Shown here piece by piece: positions 9,210-20,000 of a DNA stretch of 20,000 nucleotides. Below the pieces are notes generated by a model that worked only from the letters and a program-made list of their open reading frames with translations, was not told the origin of the DNA and searched no databases. This DNA comes from Pseudogymnoascus verrucosus (taxonomy: Eukaryota). Numbering within the stretch: the first letter of the stretch is position 1; every line of letters starts with the position of its first letter. The DNA lies in assembly GCA_001662655.1 (NCBI GenBank), contig KV460242.1; one strand, 5' to 3'. Position numbers and translations under genes: made by a program.

Positions 9210-10195
9210 CTGTGTGATGTAGTGCAGATAGAGAAAGAAGAGGGTAGAGACTTGACAGCAGTTGGAGGGGTGAAGAAATAGTTGATTGTCTGTTAACGAA
9301 GACCAGCAACAAACAAACTTGTAAGGGGTGACAGTAGAACAGGTCTCAAAATCAAGTACGGGAATTTGGAAGTTTGTCAATTGTTAATTCTCAATTCAGA
9401 TACTACAGAGCTTGAATGACTAATTGGAAAGTAAAATTTAGTTAAGAGCAAAAGTGAAGTTGAAGTGAGCTAGCCGCTGGGCTAATACGACGAATATTTT
9501 CAACGGTCGACTTTTGCTTTGCTGAAGCTATCAACATACATAGGGGCGCAGTGCACGCTGCAACACGGCACGGCTTCACGGAGATGGAAAAAGGAGGAGG
9601 TGGTGGAGGCTGAGGTTGAGATGAGATGGAAGCGCTTGAGAGATGAATGGATGGACCAACTTGGTCAAGACTAACGAAAGGCCAACAAACAAACAGCTAC
9701 AACAGCCTCCAGCGTCAAAACGTTGGGTATGTTGGGCATGTCCTGTATTCCCCGACACCTATACCCCTACCTTTGTGTTGGGAATCATTTGTTGTGTTTG
9801 CCGCCGTTGGTGTTTGAAGGACGGGAAGGAGGTGATAGAGGGCGGCGGGCTGTGCCAAGGCAGAACGACTGAGCTTGCTTCCCAGCCTCGTCATGCTCAC
9901 CGCGTCCAACATATCGGGAACGAATATATGCACTTCGAAATCGCTCATGCGGGCTTCGTGATCTTATAGGCAATGCTATACGTTGTCATCCCTGAGCTAT
10001 GCGCATGAAGCGGCAGTAGTGACTGTGGCGGAGGCGCGGTTCGGGCGCGGCCGTTGTGGCGCGTTGTGGGATGATACAGATGGATTGTGAATTTGACGAA
10101 TTAAGGCTCTTAAAATTTAATTAATTTAATGAATTTTAAATTATTTATCCAGCAAAATCCCAGCGCTTATCCCCCACTACAGCCACAATCACTCG

Positions 10196-10223
10196 GGGAT
10201 GCTCAGGGATGCTCAGGGATGCT
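10196..10223. repeat. Short tandem repeat (GGGATGCTCA)x2.8 in the arb1/IPK2 divergent promoter
   Basis: GGGATGCTCA GGGATGCTCA GGGATGCT is read directly from the sequence. Confidence 0.8.
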
Positions 10224-10490
10224 TGGACAACTCAGATGCGCCAGATTAGGTTATTGCCACGACAGACCGCCTCACAGACCCGGAAGTACCACCAACCGCC
10301 CACCACCCCGCCTACTCAGCCTCGCGCAGCTCGTCGCTTTCTGCTTCAACCAACGCATCGCGCGCGTAGCGTACAGTACATAGACTTCCTATCATCATTG
10401 CTTCTTAAATACCGGCTCCTTACCCCCGACTTTTTCTTTTTCTTTTCTCCAGCATGACCATTTTATAGACTACTACAAAAAAAGAGCATA

Positions 10491-11674
10491 ATGAGCAGGG
10501 TGCTTCCTGACATAGGGGACCTGGTGGGCTTCGACCATGCCGTCGCTGGACAGTATGTTATGCGCCTCACCCACCCCACCCCTCCAGCTCGGTCAAATAT
10601 ACTAACCCACGCAGCGATGGAACCCTCACTGACCCCACCGGCGAGCTCTTCGTCAAGCCCTGCACCGCGACCGAAATCGCCTTCTACGAATACACCGCCG
10701 CGCATCACCCCGCGTTCGCGGACCTGATGCCCACCTTCCTCGGCATGCTCACCCTTTCCGAATCGCAGACGGCCATCCTCGAAGAGGCCAGCGCGACCAC
10801 TCTACCCAAGTCTACGACGCCGCCCGCGCATGCCGAGCAGCTCGTGCTACACCACAAGTTCATCAAGACAAAGCGCATCGTGACGGACCGGGCCCTCGTG
10901 CTCGAGAACGCGACACACGGCTTCCGCCGCCCCAATATCCTCGATGTGAAGTTAGGTGTGAGGCTGTGGGCGGATGATGCGGCGGCTGAGAAGCGCGCGA
11001 GATTCGACAAGATTACGGCTGAGACAACGCACGCGTCGCATGGGTTCCGGGTCGCGGGGATGCGGGTGTGGCAGGGTGATGAGGCACCAAGAGGGGGGCA
11101 TGTCGATGCGGATGGGTATAAAATTTATGATAAAAATTATGGGCGCGAGGAAATTGGTGTTGATAACGTGGCGGATGCGTTTCGGGAGTTTATAGGGGCG
11201 GGGAGGAGTGCTGGCGTGGATGAGGAGTTGGGGAGGCTGGTGGCGCAGGCGTTTCTGGCGGAGGTGGAGGAGGCGAGGAGGGTGCTGGAGAGTGTGGAGA
11301 CGAGGATGTATTCTTCGAGCTTGTTGTTTATTTATGAGGGCGATGGGAAGGCGTTGAGGGAGGCGATGGAGGAGGCCACGCGGGTTGGGCGGAGTGCGGC
11401 TACGAATGGGGACGCAGCAGTAGAGGTGTCAACGAATGGAGTTGGGATTGAAGAACTCGTCAATGGGGATGCAGACGCTGACGACGACGAGGATGAAGAC
11501 GAAGAGGTTCTGCCCAAGATCTACAGTGTCAAACTCATCGACTTCGCGCACGCCGAGTTCGTACCTGGCCAAGGCTCAGACGAGAACTCGCTCAAAGGGA
11601 TCAGGAGCGTCGCCGAGATTCTACGCAGCATTGGAGAGGAGGAAATAGGAAAGGCGAAGAAAAGCACTGCATGA
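10491..11674 (+). CDS. IPK2: Inositol polyphosphate multikinase (Ipk2/Arg82/IPMK), 373 aa, 2 exons
   Basis: Exons 10491-10552 and 10615-11674; intron GTATGT...CTAAC...CAG. Motifs are AVAGH/DG, LFVKP, EIAFYE, LVLEN, PNILDVKLG (PxxxDxKxG), SSSLLFIYEGD, an acidic insert and LIDFAH. Confidence 0.93.
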
Positions 11675-12281
11675 GCGAGATGGCGCTATTGGCTCGTCGC
11701 ATTGAAGCTTGCATGGCATACGATGATTTCTCTTCTTTCGCATATGCGTCTCTCCCCACCCGTCTGGACGGGCCGACGCATCAGGTGTGTCTCTTTTTCT
11801 CGCGCACTCATCTCATCTCAGGCCGTCTCTGTGGTAGGCTACTCTGGTCATGGGAAGGGTTATGAAGACAATGAAATGCTGGAGACGGGGAAAAGAAAAA
11901 CAGGCTGGACTTGTATAAAGCGTGATGAAACCGCTACAATGACCTAGAAACCACAAATAAATAGAACCTATCCCACACACGAGGCTAGATCATGAGTAAC
12001 CAGTATAAAATATGAAGCAAAAAAAGAAGTGTAAAAGCAGTCGTGCGACAGTGCAGATCTCCTTCTTCACATCCGACTTTCCTGGCAACTGCCGAGACAC
12101 AAGCCACTATCGTCAAAGTAACCCCAATACTGACGCAATACACATCTACCCCTCCTTCTTAGCTAAGCTACTCAAAACCCCCAACATCGACCACCAAAAC
12201 CACCGTTCATGATTCCCTCCTCCTCAATTGGAATTACAGAAATTATTACGATTAATCAGCACGCCATCCCGTTGACGGCCT

Positions 12282-13532
12282 ATGTCGGCATCTACCCTGC
12301 TGCCCCGCAGTGTTTATAAGCTTTCTCCACTTACCCCTCCAAGGAGCACTCTTGTGTCGCGTAGGTATATAACTCGATCGGCCCTCAATCAAAAGTTCCC
12401 ATCACCAGGACTCCCAAGAGCAGCTACAAGTTTCCAATCACCAATACATCAATTCACCAGGACAATCCCTCACTTCCCCAGCACAAAAATCCAATTCCCC
12501 ACAACACCTACACCCCACAACTACACAACCATGTCCACCCCCACCCTCCCAGCAACCATGCGCGCCATCAAGATCCCCCACACTGGCGGCCTCGAAGTCC
12601 TCGAGCTACACAGCGACCTCCCCCTCCCCACCCCCACCTCCGGCCAAATCCTCATCAAAAACGCCTTCGCAGGCGTAAACTACATCGACACCTACCTCCG
12701 GACCGGCCTGTACCCTCCCCCCGCCTCTGGAATCCTCGGGCAAGAAGCAGAGGGGACCGTCGTCGCTGTTTCCGCTGAGGGAGACACCTACGGTTTCAAG
12801 ATCGGTGACCGCGTCGCTGCGTTCACGTCTGGGGGTGCGTACGCGGAGTACGTTGCTGTGCCGGCGCAGACGTCGTTTAAGCTCCCCGAGGGGATTGAGG
12901 CCGGGTTGGGGGCTGCGAGTTTGCTTCAGGGTCTTACGGCGTTGACGTTGATTCGGGAGGCTCACCCTGTCAAGAAGGGGGAGACGATTCTGGTTCACGC
13001 TGCTGCTGGAGGCGTGGGATTGTGGCTTTGCCAGCTCCTTCGTGCGGTTGGGGCGAAGGTTATCGCTACTGCTTCTACGGCGGAGAAATTGGCGCTGGCG
13101 AAGGAGAATGGTGCGGATGAGTTGGTGAATTATAAGACGCATGATTTTGTGGCTGAGGTGGCGAGGATCACCGGTGGTGCTGGTGTGGCGGCGGTCTTTG
13201 ATGGTGTTGGTGCCGCGACGTTTGAGGGCAGTTTCGCGTCTGTGGCGAGGAAGGGGTCGATGGTTAGCTTTGGCAATGCGAGTGGACCTGTTCCGCCGTT
13301 TACGATTGCGAGGTTGGGAGCGAAGAATATTAAGGTGTTGAGACCGAGGTTGGGCGCGTATGTGGAGACGAGGGAGGAGTTCGAGACGTATTCTGCGGAG
13401 TTGTTTGGGTTTATTGCGGATGGGAAGGTGGGGGTGAAGGTGCATGGACGGTATAAGCTTGAGGATGTTGCGAAGGCGCAGGGAGAGTTGGAGGGGAGGG
13501 GTACGGTTGGGAAATTGTTGCTTGTTTTGTAA
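12282..13532 (+). CDS. ZTA1: NADPH:quinone oxidoreductase (zeta-crystallin, MDR family); core starts at ATG 12531 (333 aa), with an in-frame upstream ATG at 12282
   Basis: Intronless. Motifs are MRAIKI..TGG.EVL, AGVNYIDTY.RTGLY, LGQEAEG, LLQGLTA, LVHAAAGGVG, VFDGVG and VSFGNASG. Confidence 0.92.
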   Translation: MSASTLLPRSVYKLSPLTPPRSTLVSRRYITRSALNQKFPSPGLPRAATSFQSPIHQFTRTIPHFPSTKIQFPTTPTPHNYTTMSTPTLPATMRAIKIPHTGGLEVLELHSDLPLPTPTSGQILIKNAFAGVNYIDTYLRTGLYPPPASGILGQEAEGTVVAVSAEGDTYGFKIGDRVAAFTSGGAYAEYVAVPAQTSFKLPEGIEAGLGAASLLQGLTALTLIREAHPVKKGETILVHAAAGGVGLWLCQLLRAVGAKVIATASTAEKLALAKENGADELVNYKTHDFVAEVARITGGAGVAAVFDGVGAATFEGSFASVARKGSMVSFGNASGPVPPFTIARLGAKNIKVLRPRLGAYVETREEFETYSAELFGFIADGKVGVKVHGRYKLEDVAKAQGELEGRGTVGKLLLVL

Positions 13533-13855
13533 AGGGGGCCTGCTAGTTATGTTGTGAGGGTGAAGTTGCTTGTGCTATAATATGGAAGCTGAACGCGAGA
13601 AATTCCGAGTCCTCTACCACAAAAGTCGTGCTCATAGTGACTGAAGGTCGCTCTCCTGCGCACCTAACCCCAATTCCATCTCACATCGGCGAATAGCTAT
13701 TATTTGGTAGAGCCGATTGTATCGTGAGACTGTTTCTAGCTTCATATTTACTAGATAGCATGATATCAGAATTCTAATCTACCTTCAAACCACCTCCCCT
13801 TGGTAGTCTATTACGCCCTTTTTCTTACTTATATCCAAGAATATCTACAACCAAT

Positions 13856-15273
<1,418 letters not shown>

Positions 15274-16995
15274 TGTCAAAGGTCGTCACTGAAGAGACGG
15301 GATATTCACAATTGATCTCAGAGGGAGGTCTCTAGTTGTAATTGGAGTTAGAGAAGAGATCGTGGCGGGTGGAAGAACAAGAAAATGTCCGTGATGTCGT
15401 GGAACATGGCATGAGGGGTAAGGTGGGGTGGGGTGTTGCAACATAACAAGGCCGAAACACGGGAGGGGCGATCGGGGATGTCGGAGCCGTCATCGCTCAC
15501 TGTATATATTTTGGCCATTGTGATATTCTTCTGGGCCCAATTGCACTTTCAGCGACCAAAGCTGTCAGTCTAGGATCATCGAATCTGTGGTCAGTATCGT
15601 CAGTTTCGTAAGAATAGGTGATCTACCAACTATTTCCTTGAACAGGTCTAAAATCGTCTCCCTGTGGCGCCGAGTTGCCCACCACCACTGTGATCTTCAT
15701 AGCCAAAAGAACCCAAAAAAGGAGATGATAGATGATGGATACTGAGATACACCGGAGCAGCCTAATCCGGAGTTCTATACCATCACGGACAAAGGTCGAA
15801 TATCAAATGGCAAGGTCGAGGCTGGACAAAGGCTAACAAAGGCGCGGCGCACGGGATATCCGTCTCTGTCCACCACAGCTTCTGTGAAAATCACCATTTG
15901 CCTGAAATGACTGACATCTTGGGTATTAATAATAATCATTACAATTCATCTCACGATATTTATCTGGTCGTGACTACCACAAGAGAGCTGTTCTCTCGAA
16001 ATATCAAATGTTCAAAAGTGCTATGGATGAAGTTCTCGGGGAAGTGACGTCCGAGATCCGGCGCAGATTGACCCAAAGTACTGTGCACCACAATAAGTAT
16101 AGTGAGATACCTCCATGCAACGGATCAACCTTGTTCCCGGTCGAGTCCGTCGGCGCGTCCAACATCTTTTGTTTATGTCGTAGATGCGACCAGAGGCTCC
16201 GAAGAATAATCCCCAAGGCCACCGCGAACGGCTTCGGGATCAAGGGAAACAAAGAAAAGACCCAGTCCACCCACCATCGCCATCCTGTAGCTGAGTGCTA
16301 TAATGATATGCCCTCGATCAATTGACCATCCCCTCATACAAAGCCCAAGGCCCGCCTGGCCTTGGATGGCCATCATCCATTGTGCCTCGTCTTGCGCTCC
16401 GCAACCTCCTCGATCCTGCAATTCTGCGCCGACGACAGCTCGACAATAATTACACTGTAATTACCATTGTGCCCTATTGAGCCCTGTTGCGCCTATTTAC
16501 TCGGCCTCGCTTGTGGGCGCTAGCATTGTGCTTGTGGTGGCGGCCTGGATTCGCTATTGTCTTCTATTGACGCCAAGCCAGGCACCACTTCTGAATAGCT
16601 TCACAATAGTAAGAAGACCCCATTGACCCACTTTGGCTTCTCTCCAGCCTTGCCCATAGGAACTCCTTCCACCCCGCCACCTTCGTCTTTCTTTCTTTTC
16701 TCTTTTCGCATCACTGAACTCTCTGGACTTGACCTCTCGATTTTTTTCGTACCAACTTCACTTCACTTCACAACTCCAGACTTCGGTCGCAAAGCTTTCC
16801 GGTTTCCAACCTTTCGCAGTCAGCTCTTTCCGAATTCAAACCTTGAGAACTTTTACTAAATCTTGTTCACAGAACATTCGACCAACAACCCTCACCTTTC
16901 TCGACACCGCCACCGATCCTCACCTTCTTCGACCCCGCCACAACTCCTCAACCTCCTCGACACACCCACCCACTTTCTTCTCCTCCGTGGACACG

Positions 16996-19103
16996 ATGTC
17001 CACGTACCGCCCATCAACTCGCGCTAGCAGCGCTGCCGCCAGCATAACTGGCGGCCCACGCGCCGCAGTCACGCCGGCGACCCCGACTGTTACCCGGGGC
17101 GGTCGCAAGAAGCGGGGTCCCTCGACCATTGCGTCGGAGTTGGGCCCCCAAGTGATCGCCACCAAGGAGAGTACCTCCTACGGGTCGTCGGCGGCTGTGG
17201 TGCCGATGGCACTGAACAGAGTGGAGGAGGTGGATCTTCGTGGGGCGCTGACCGGCATCGTCGCGCCGACGACCGTCGGAAGTGCGTATATTTCCTCTCC
17301 ATTCTACTTTCCTTCTTCTTCTTCATTCCTTTTACTGACTGATATATAGCCCCGGCCGGCCAGAGGGCCACCACGGGTTCCGTTCCTCCGACGGGAGCCT
17401 CGACCAGCTTCGGTCAGGAGAGCTCGATGGCCGGAAACGGCACCTTCACGGGTGCCCCGGTCGTCGCTCCTCCAGGCCTGGCTGCCGGGCGTTCTCGTCG
17501 GGGGAAGACGGTCGCTCCTCCCGCTGAGGAGCCGGCGCTGCCGCGTCGAACCCCCACGCCACCTCCTCCGGCTTTTGAGGAGCTTCCCGCCACCGTTCCG
17601 CCCGCCGCGTCTAGGCCGGCACCGATCGCGTTGGCAGCTAGCTCTGTCACCGATCTGGTGGTCCGCGCCCGCGGTTTCGTTATTTCGGCGTACACCAACG
17701 CCACGGTTCGTTTGGTCCTGGTTTCGTTCCTGGCGGCCATCATGGCCATGATCTTCCTCGGCACCTCCGAGGGCTCGGCGGGTCGGGCGACCCGGATGTA
17801 CGCGCAGGGCGCCTCGGCGACCCTCGCGCAGTACATTCCGCACGGGGTCGCCCACCCCCTCAATTACTTCAACGAGGCCGACATGCTGGATGTCCAGCGT
17901 CGGCTTCGTCGCGCCGAGCTGAGCATCTCAAAGCTCCAGCTCGACGTCGCCAAGAACGCCGAGCTCACCCGAGCCTTGGAGAAGCGCCTCCCGGACTTCC
18001 TCGTGGTCTCCAAGGTCCGCGGCAAGGTCCAGATCCCCGCCGACTTTTGGCGCGCCTTGAGGACCACGATCCTCGCTGACAAAGATCTCAGGCCATTCAA
18101 GCCTGGAAAGCCCGAGGATTCTGCGCCCGTCACCGCCACGCCCGATTGGGACGACTTCCTTCGCACCAATGAGGCCCGCCTCAAGGACCTGGTCGCATCC
18201 GACGTCCAGCTCGCTCGCGCCGATCTTCTCGCCCACCTCCAGACCGCCCTCGCATCGACATCCGCCGAGTACAACAGCGCACTCTCCAAGGCCACCCAGG
18301 CCGTGAAATCCGAACTCTCAGCGCAAATTGCCGAGCTGCCGGCCTCTGTCAGCGCCGCCGACATCGACGCCCATGCCGAGCGTGCCATGCAGCGCGTCTT
18401 TCTCACCTCCAAGATCGAGGCCCTCATCAATTCCAAGCTGGCCGAGTCGTCCACTTCCTCGCTGAGCCGCGTCAACTACTTCTCGCCCTCGACTGGTGCC
18501 GTCGTGAATCCCATCCTCACCTCCGCCACCTACAGCCCACGCGGCACGTTCGCTCCCAGCAATCTCATCACGGGCATCCTCAAAATGTTCTCGTACCCGC
18601 TTCCAAAGATTGGGACTCCCGTTGAGGCTCTCACAAAGTGGGATGAACACGGCGACTGCTGGTGCGGTGCTCCCGACGACTCTGGTGTCCAACTTGGTGT
18701 CCTCACCCCACACAAGTTCTCACCTGAAGAATTCGTCATCGAACACGTCCTTCGCACTGCGACTCTCAACCCAGGTGCGACGCCACGCCACTTCGAGCTC
18801 TTTGCGCACATTCCGCTCAAGCACCAAGATTACATTGCCGAAGTTTCTGCTGGCCTGTTCCCACATGCGCCTGAAGAGAAAGATCTCAACTACGACTGGG
18901 TCCGCATCGGTCGTGGCACATACGATACCACTGGTGAGACTGTGCAAGTCTTTCCCGTTCAATTGGAGCTCAGCCGATATGGTCTCTCATCCAGAGAGTT
19001 TGTCGTTCGTTTCCGCGATAACTGGGGCACCAAAGATGATGAAGATGTCGGACCTACGTGCATTTACCGCGTCAGACTTCACGGATTCATAGAACAATTC
19101 TAG
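16996..19103 (+). CDS. SUN-domain (Sad1/UNC-84-like) nuclear-envelope membrane protein, 679 aa, 2 exons
   Basis: Exons 16996-17281 and 17350-19103; intron GTGCGT...TACTGAC...TAG keeps the frame. The protein has a low-complexity basic N-terminus (RGGRKKR), one TM segment (LVLVSFLAAIMAMIFLG) and coiled-coil segments. C-terminal SUN motifs are VNYFS..GAVV.P, WDEHGDCWC, IEHV, ATPRHFELF and NWG...TCIYRVRLHG. Confidence 0.88.
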
Positions 19104-19645
19104 TTCTTTACGGTGTCACTTGTTCTCATGAGCTCTTACTTGTTCTCATGGACTCTTACTTTTTTTCATGGGCTCTTTATCGGTGTTTACTATTCATGGG
19201 GGTGTTTATACGGCTGCATTGGCGGTGTTTTGCGGCATCAAGTTTATACGGTGTTTATTCGATGGTCTTCATGGGTGGTATTCTGGAGGAGTCTGGTGTT
19301 TTATCTGTGCTGGATGATGGATGGATGATGGGATGATGCTATGGGATACTATACGAGAAGAAAGTTTTCCCGCGCTGATGAATTCGCGCTTTATATCTGT
19401 TGATCGATTGTTTTTTTCTGAGATTTTTACAAAGGTTGTTTGACTCCACGAGGAGATCAGCAACATACATGGGGAAGAAATACCGGTATGGGAAAGGCAG
19501 CGTACATACAACAATACAGTTGACATAATGAAAATCAATGCAATCAATCTTATAAATAAATGTTCCCTCCGTGATTCTTACAAACTTCATTCATCCAAAC
19601 CCTTTGAGCCTGCCACTTCTCTTCCCATCCATAGTTCCCCTGATT

Positions 19646-19961
19646 CGTCGTTCTTTCCCTCCAGAGCTACTGACCATCGCTCTTTCCCTCCTGGATTCCT
19701 TATCATCGTTCTTTGCCTCCTGAGTTTTTGACTACCGTTCTTGCTTTCCTGAGTTCCTTCCATCGTTCTTTCCCTCCCAACTTCCTGACCATCGTTCTTG
19801 CCGCTCTGCGTTCTTGACCGTCGCTCCTTTCCTCCGACTTCCTGGCCATCGTTCTTGCCGTTCTGAGTTCCTGATCAGCGTTCTTTCCCTCCTGAGTTCT
19901 TGATCATCGTTCTTGCCATTTTGAGTCCTTGCCATCGTTCGTTCCTTCCTGAGTTCCTGAC
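19646..19961. repeat. Minisatellite: 11 tandem copies of a 28-29-bp unit (consensus CATCGTTCTTTCCCTCCTGAGTTCCTGAC)
   Basis: Eight 29-bp and three 28-bp units parsed by eye sum to exactly 316 bp. Confidence 0.92.
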
Positions 19962-20000
19962 ATTCGTGAGAATCCTTCACAGCAGTGTTGCCCGAGTACT

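Noticed and set aside
9643..9973. Short ORFs in the arb1/IPK2 intergenic region
   Set aside because: They show no protein-like features and probably lie in bidirectional promoter DNA.
10491..11674. Functional link between IPK2/Arg82 (an Mcm1 chaperone in yeast) and the CArG boxes 8 kb away
   Set aside because: It is a trans-acting protein, and nothing in the sequence supports a cis relationship. Treated as coincidence.
12606..13445. 279-aa antisense ORF
   Set aside because: It is a shadow of the quinone oxidoreductase CDS, Arg/His-rich with no recognisable motif.
16008..16325. 105-aa ORF between GAL10 and the SUN gene
   Set aside because: It has no recognisable motif, splice support or codon bias. 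A small orphan gene cannot be excluded but is unsupported.
17304..18962. Many overlapping ORFs within the SUN gene (also within arb1 and GAL10)
   Set aside because: They are explained by GC-rich codon bias suppressing stops in alternative frames.
19311..19346. GGAT/GAT low-complexity run
   Set aside because: It is an ordinary short imperfect microsatellite in a 3' region.
19732..19980. 82-aa charged ORF
   Set aside because: It is a translation of a non-triplet minisatellite, and the peptide changes register between units.

Overview
This is eukaryotic DNA from a filamentous ascomycete (short GT-AG introns with CTAAC/CTGAC branch points, RIP-like CpA>TpA damage). The left ~7 kb looks accessory. 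It holds the probable 5' end of an NAD(P)-binding gene on the minus strand (ATG at 37), divergent from an intact NmrA/isoflavone-reductase-like gene (2860-3885). Their 2.8-kb shared intergenic region contains a ~240-bp inverted repeat (1196-1434 / 2263-2513) and four MADS/Mcm1-type CArG boxes arranged in mirror image. Next come a decayed piggyBac-like transposase tail abutting a 5'-truncated APH-like phosphotransferase pseudogene, then an F-box gene. The middle (7.2-15.3 kb) is housekeeping: arb1 (Argonaute chaperone), inositol polyphosphate multikinase (IPK2/ARG82), a zeta-crystallin quinone oxidoreductase with a candidate optional mitochondrial presequence, and a 4-exon UDP-glucose 4-epimerase. 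The right end has a 2-exon SUN-domain membrane protein preceded by a cluster of ACAAT/ATTGT motifs, followed by an 11-copy 29-bp minisatellite. All calls come from reading the sequence and recalling family motifs; no database searches were run.
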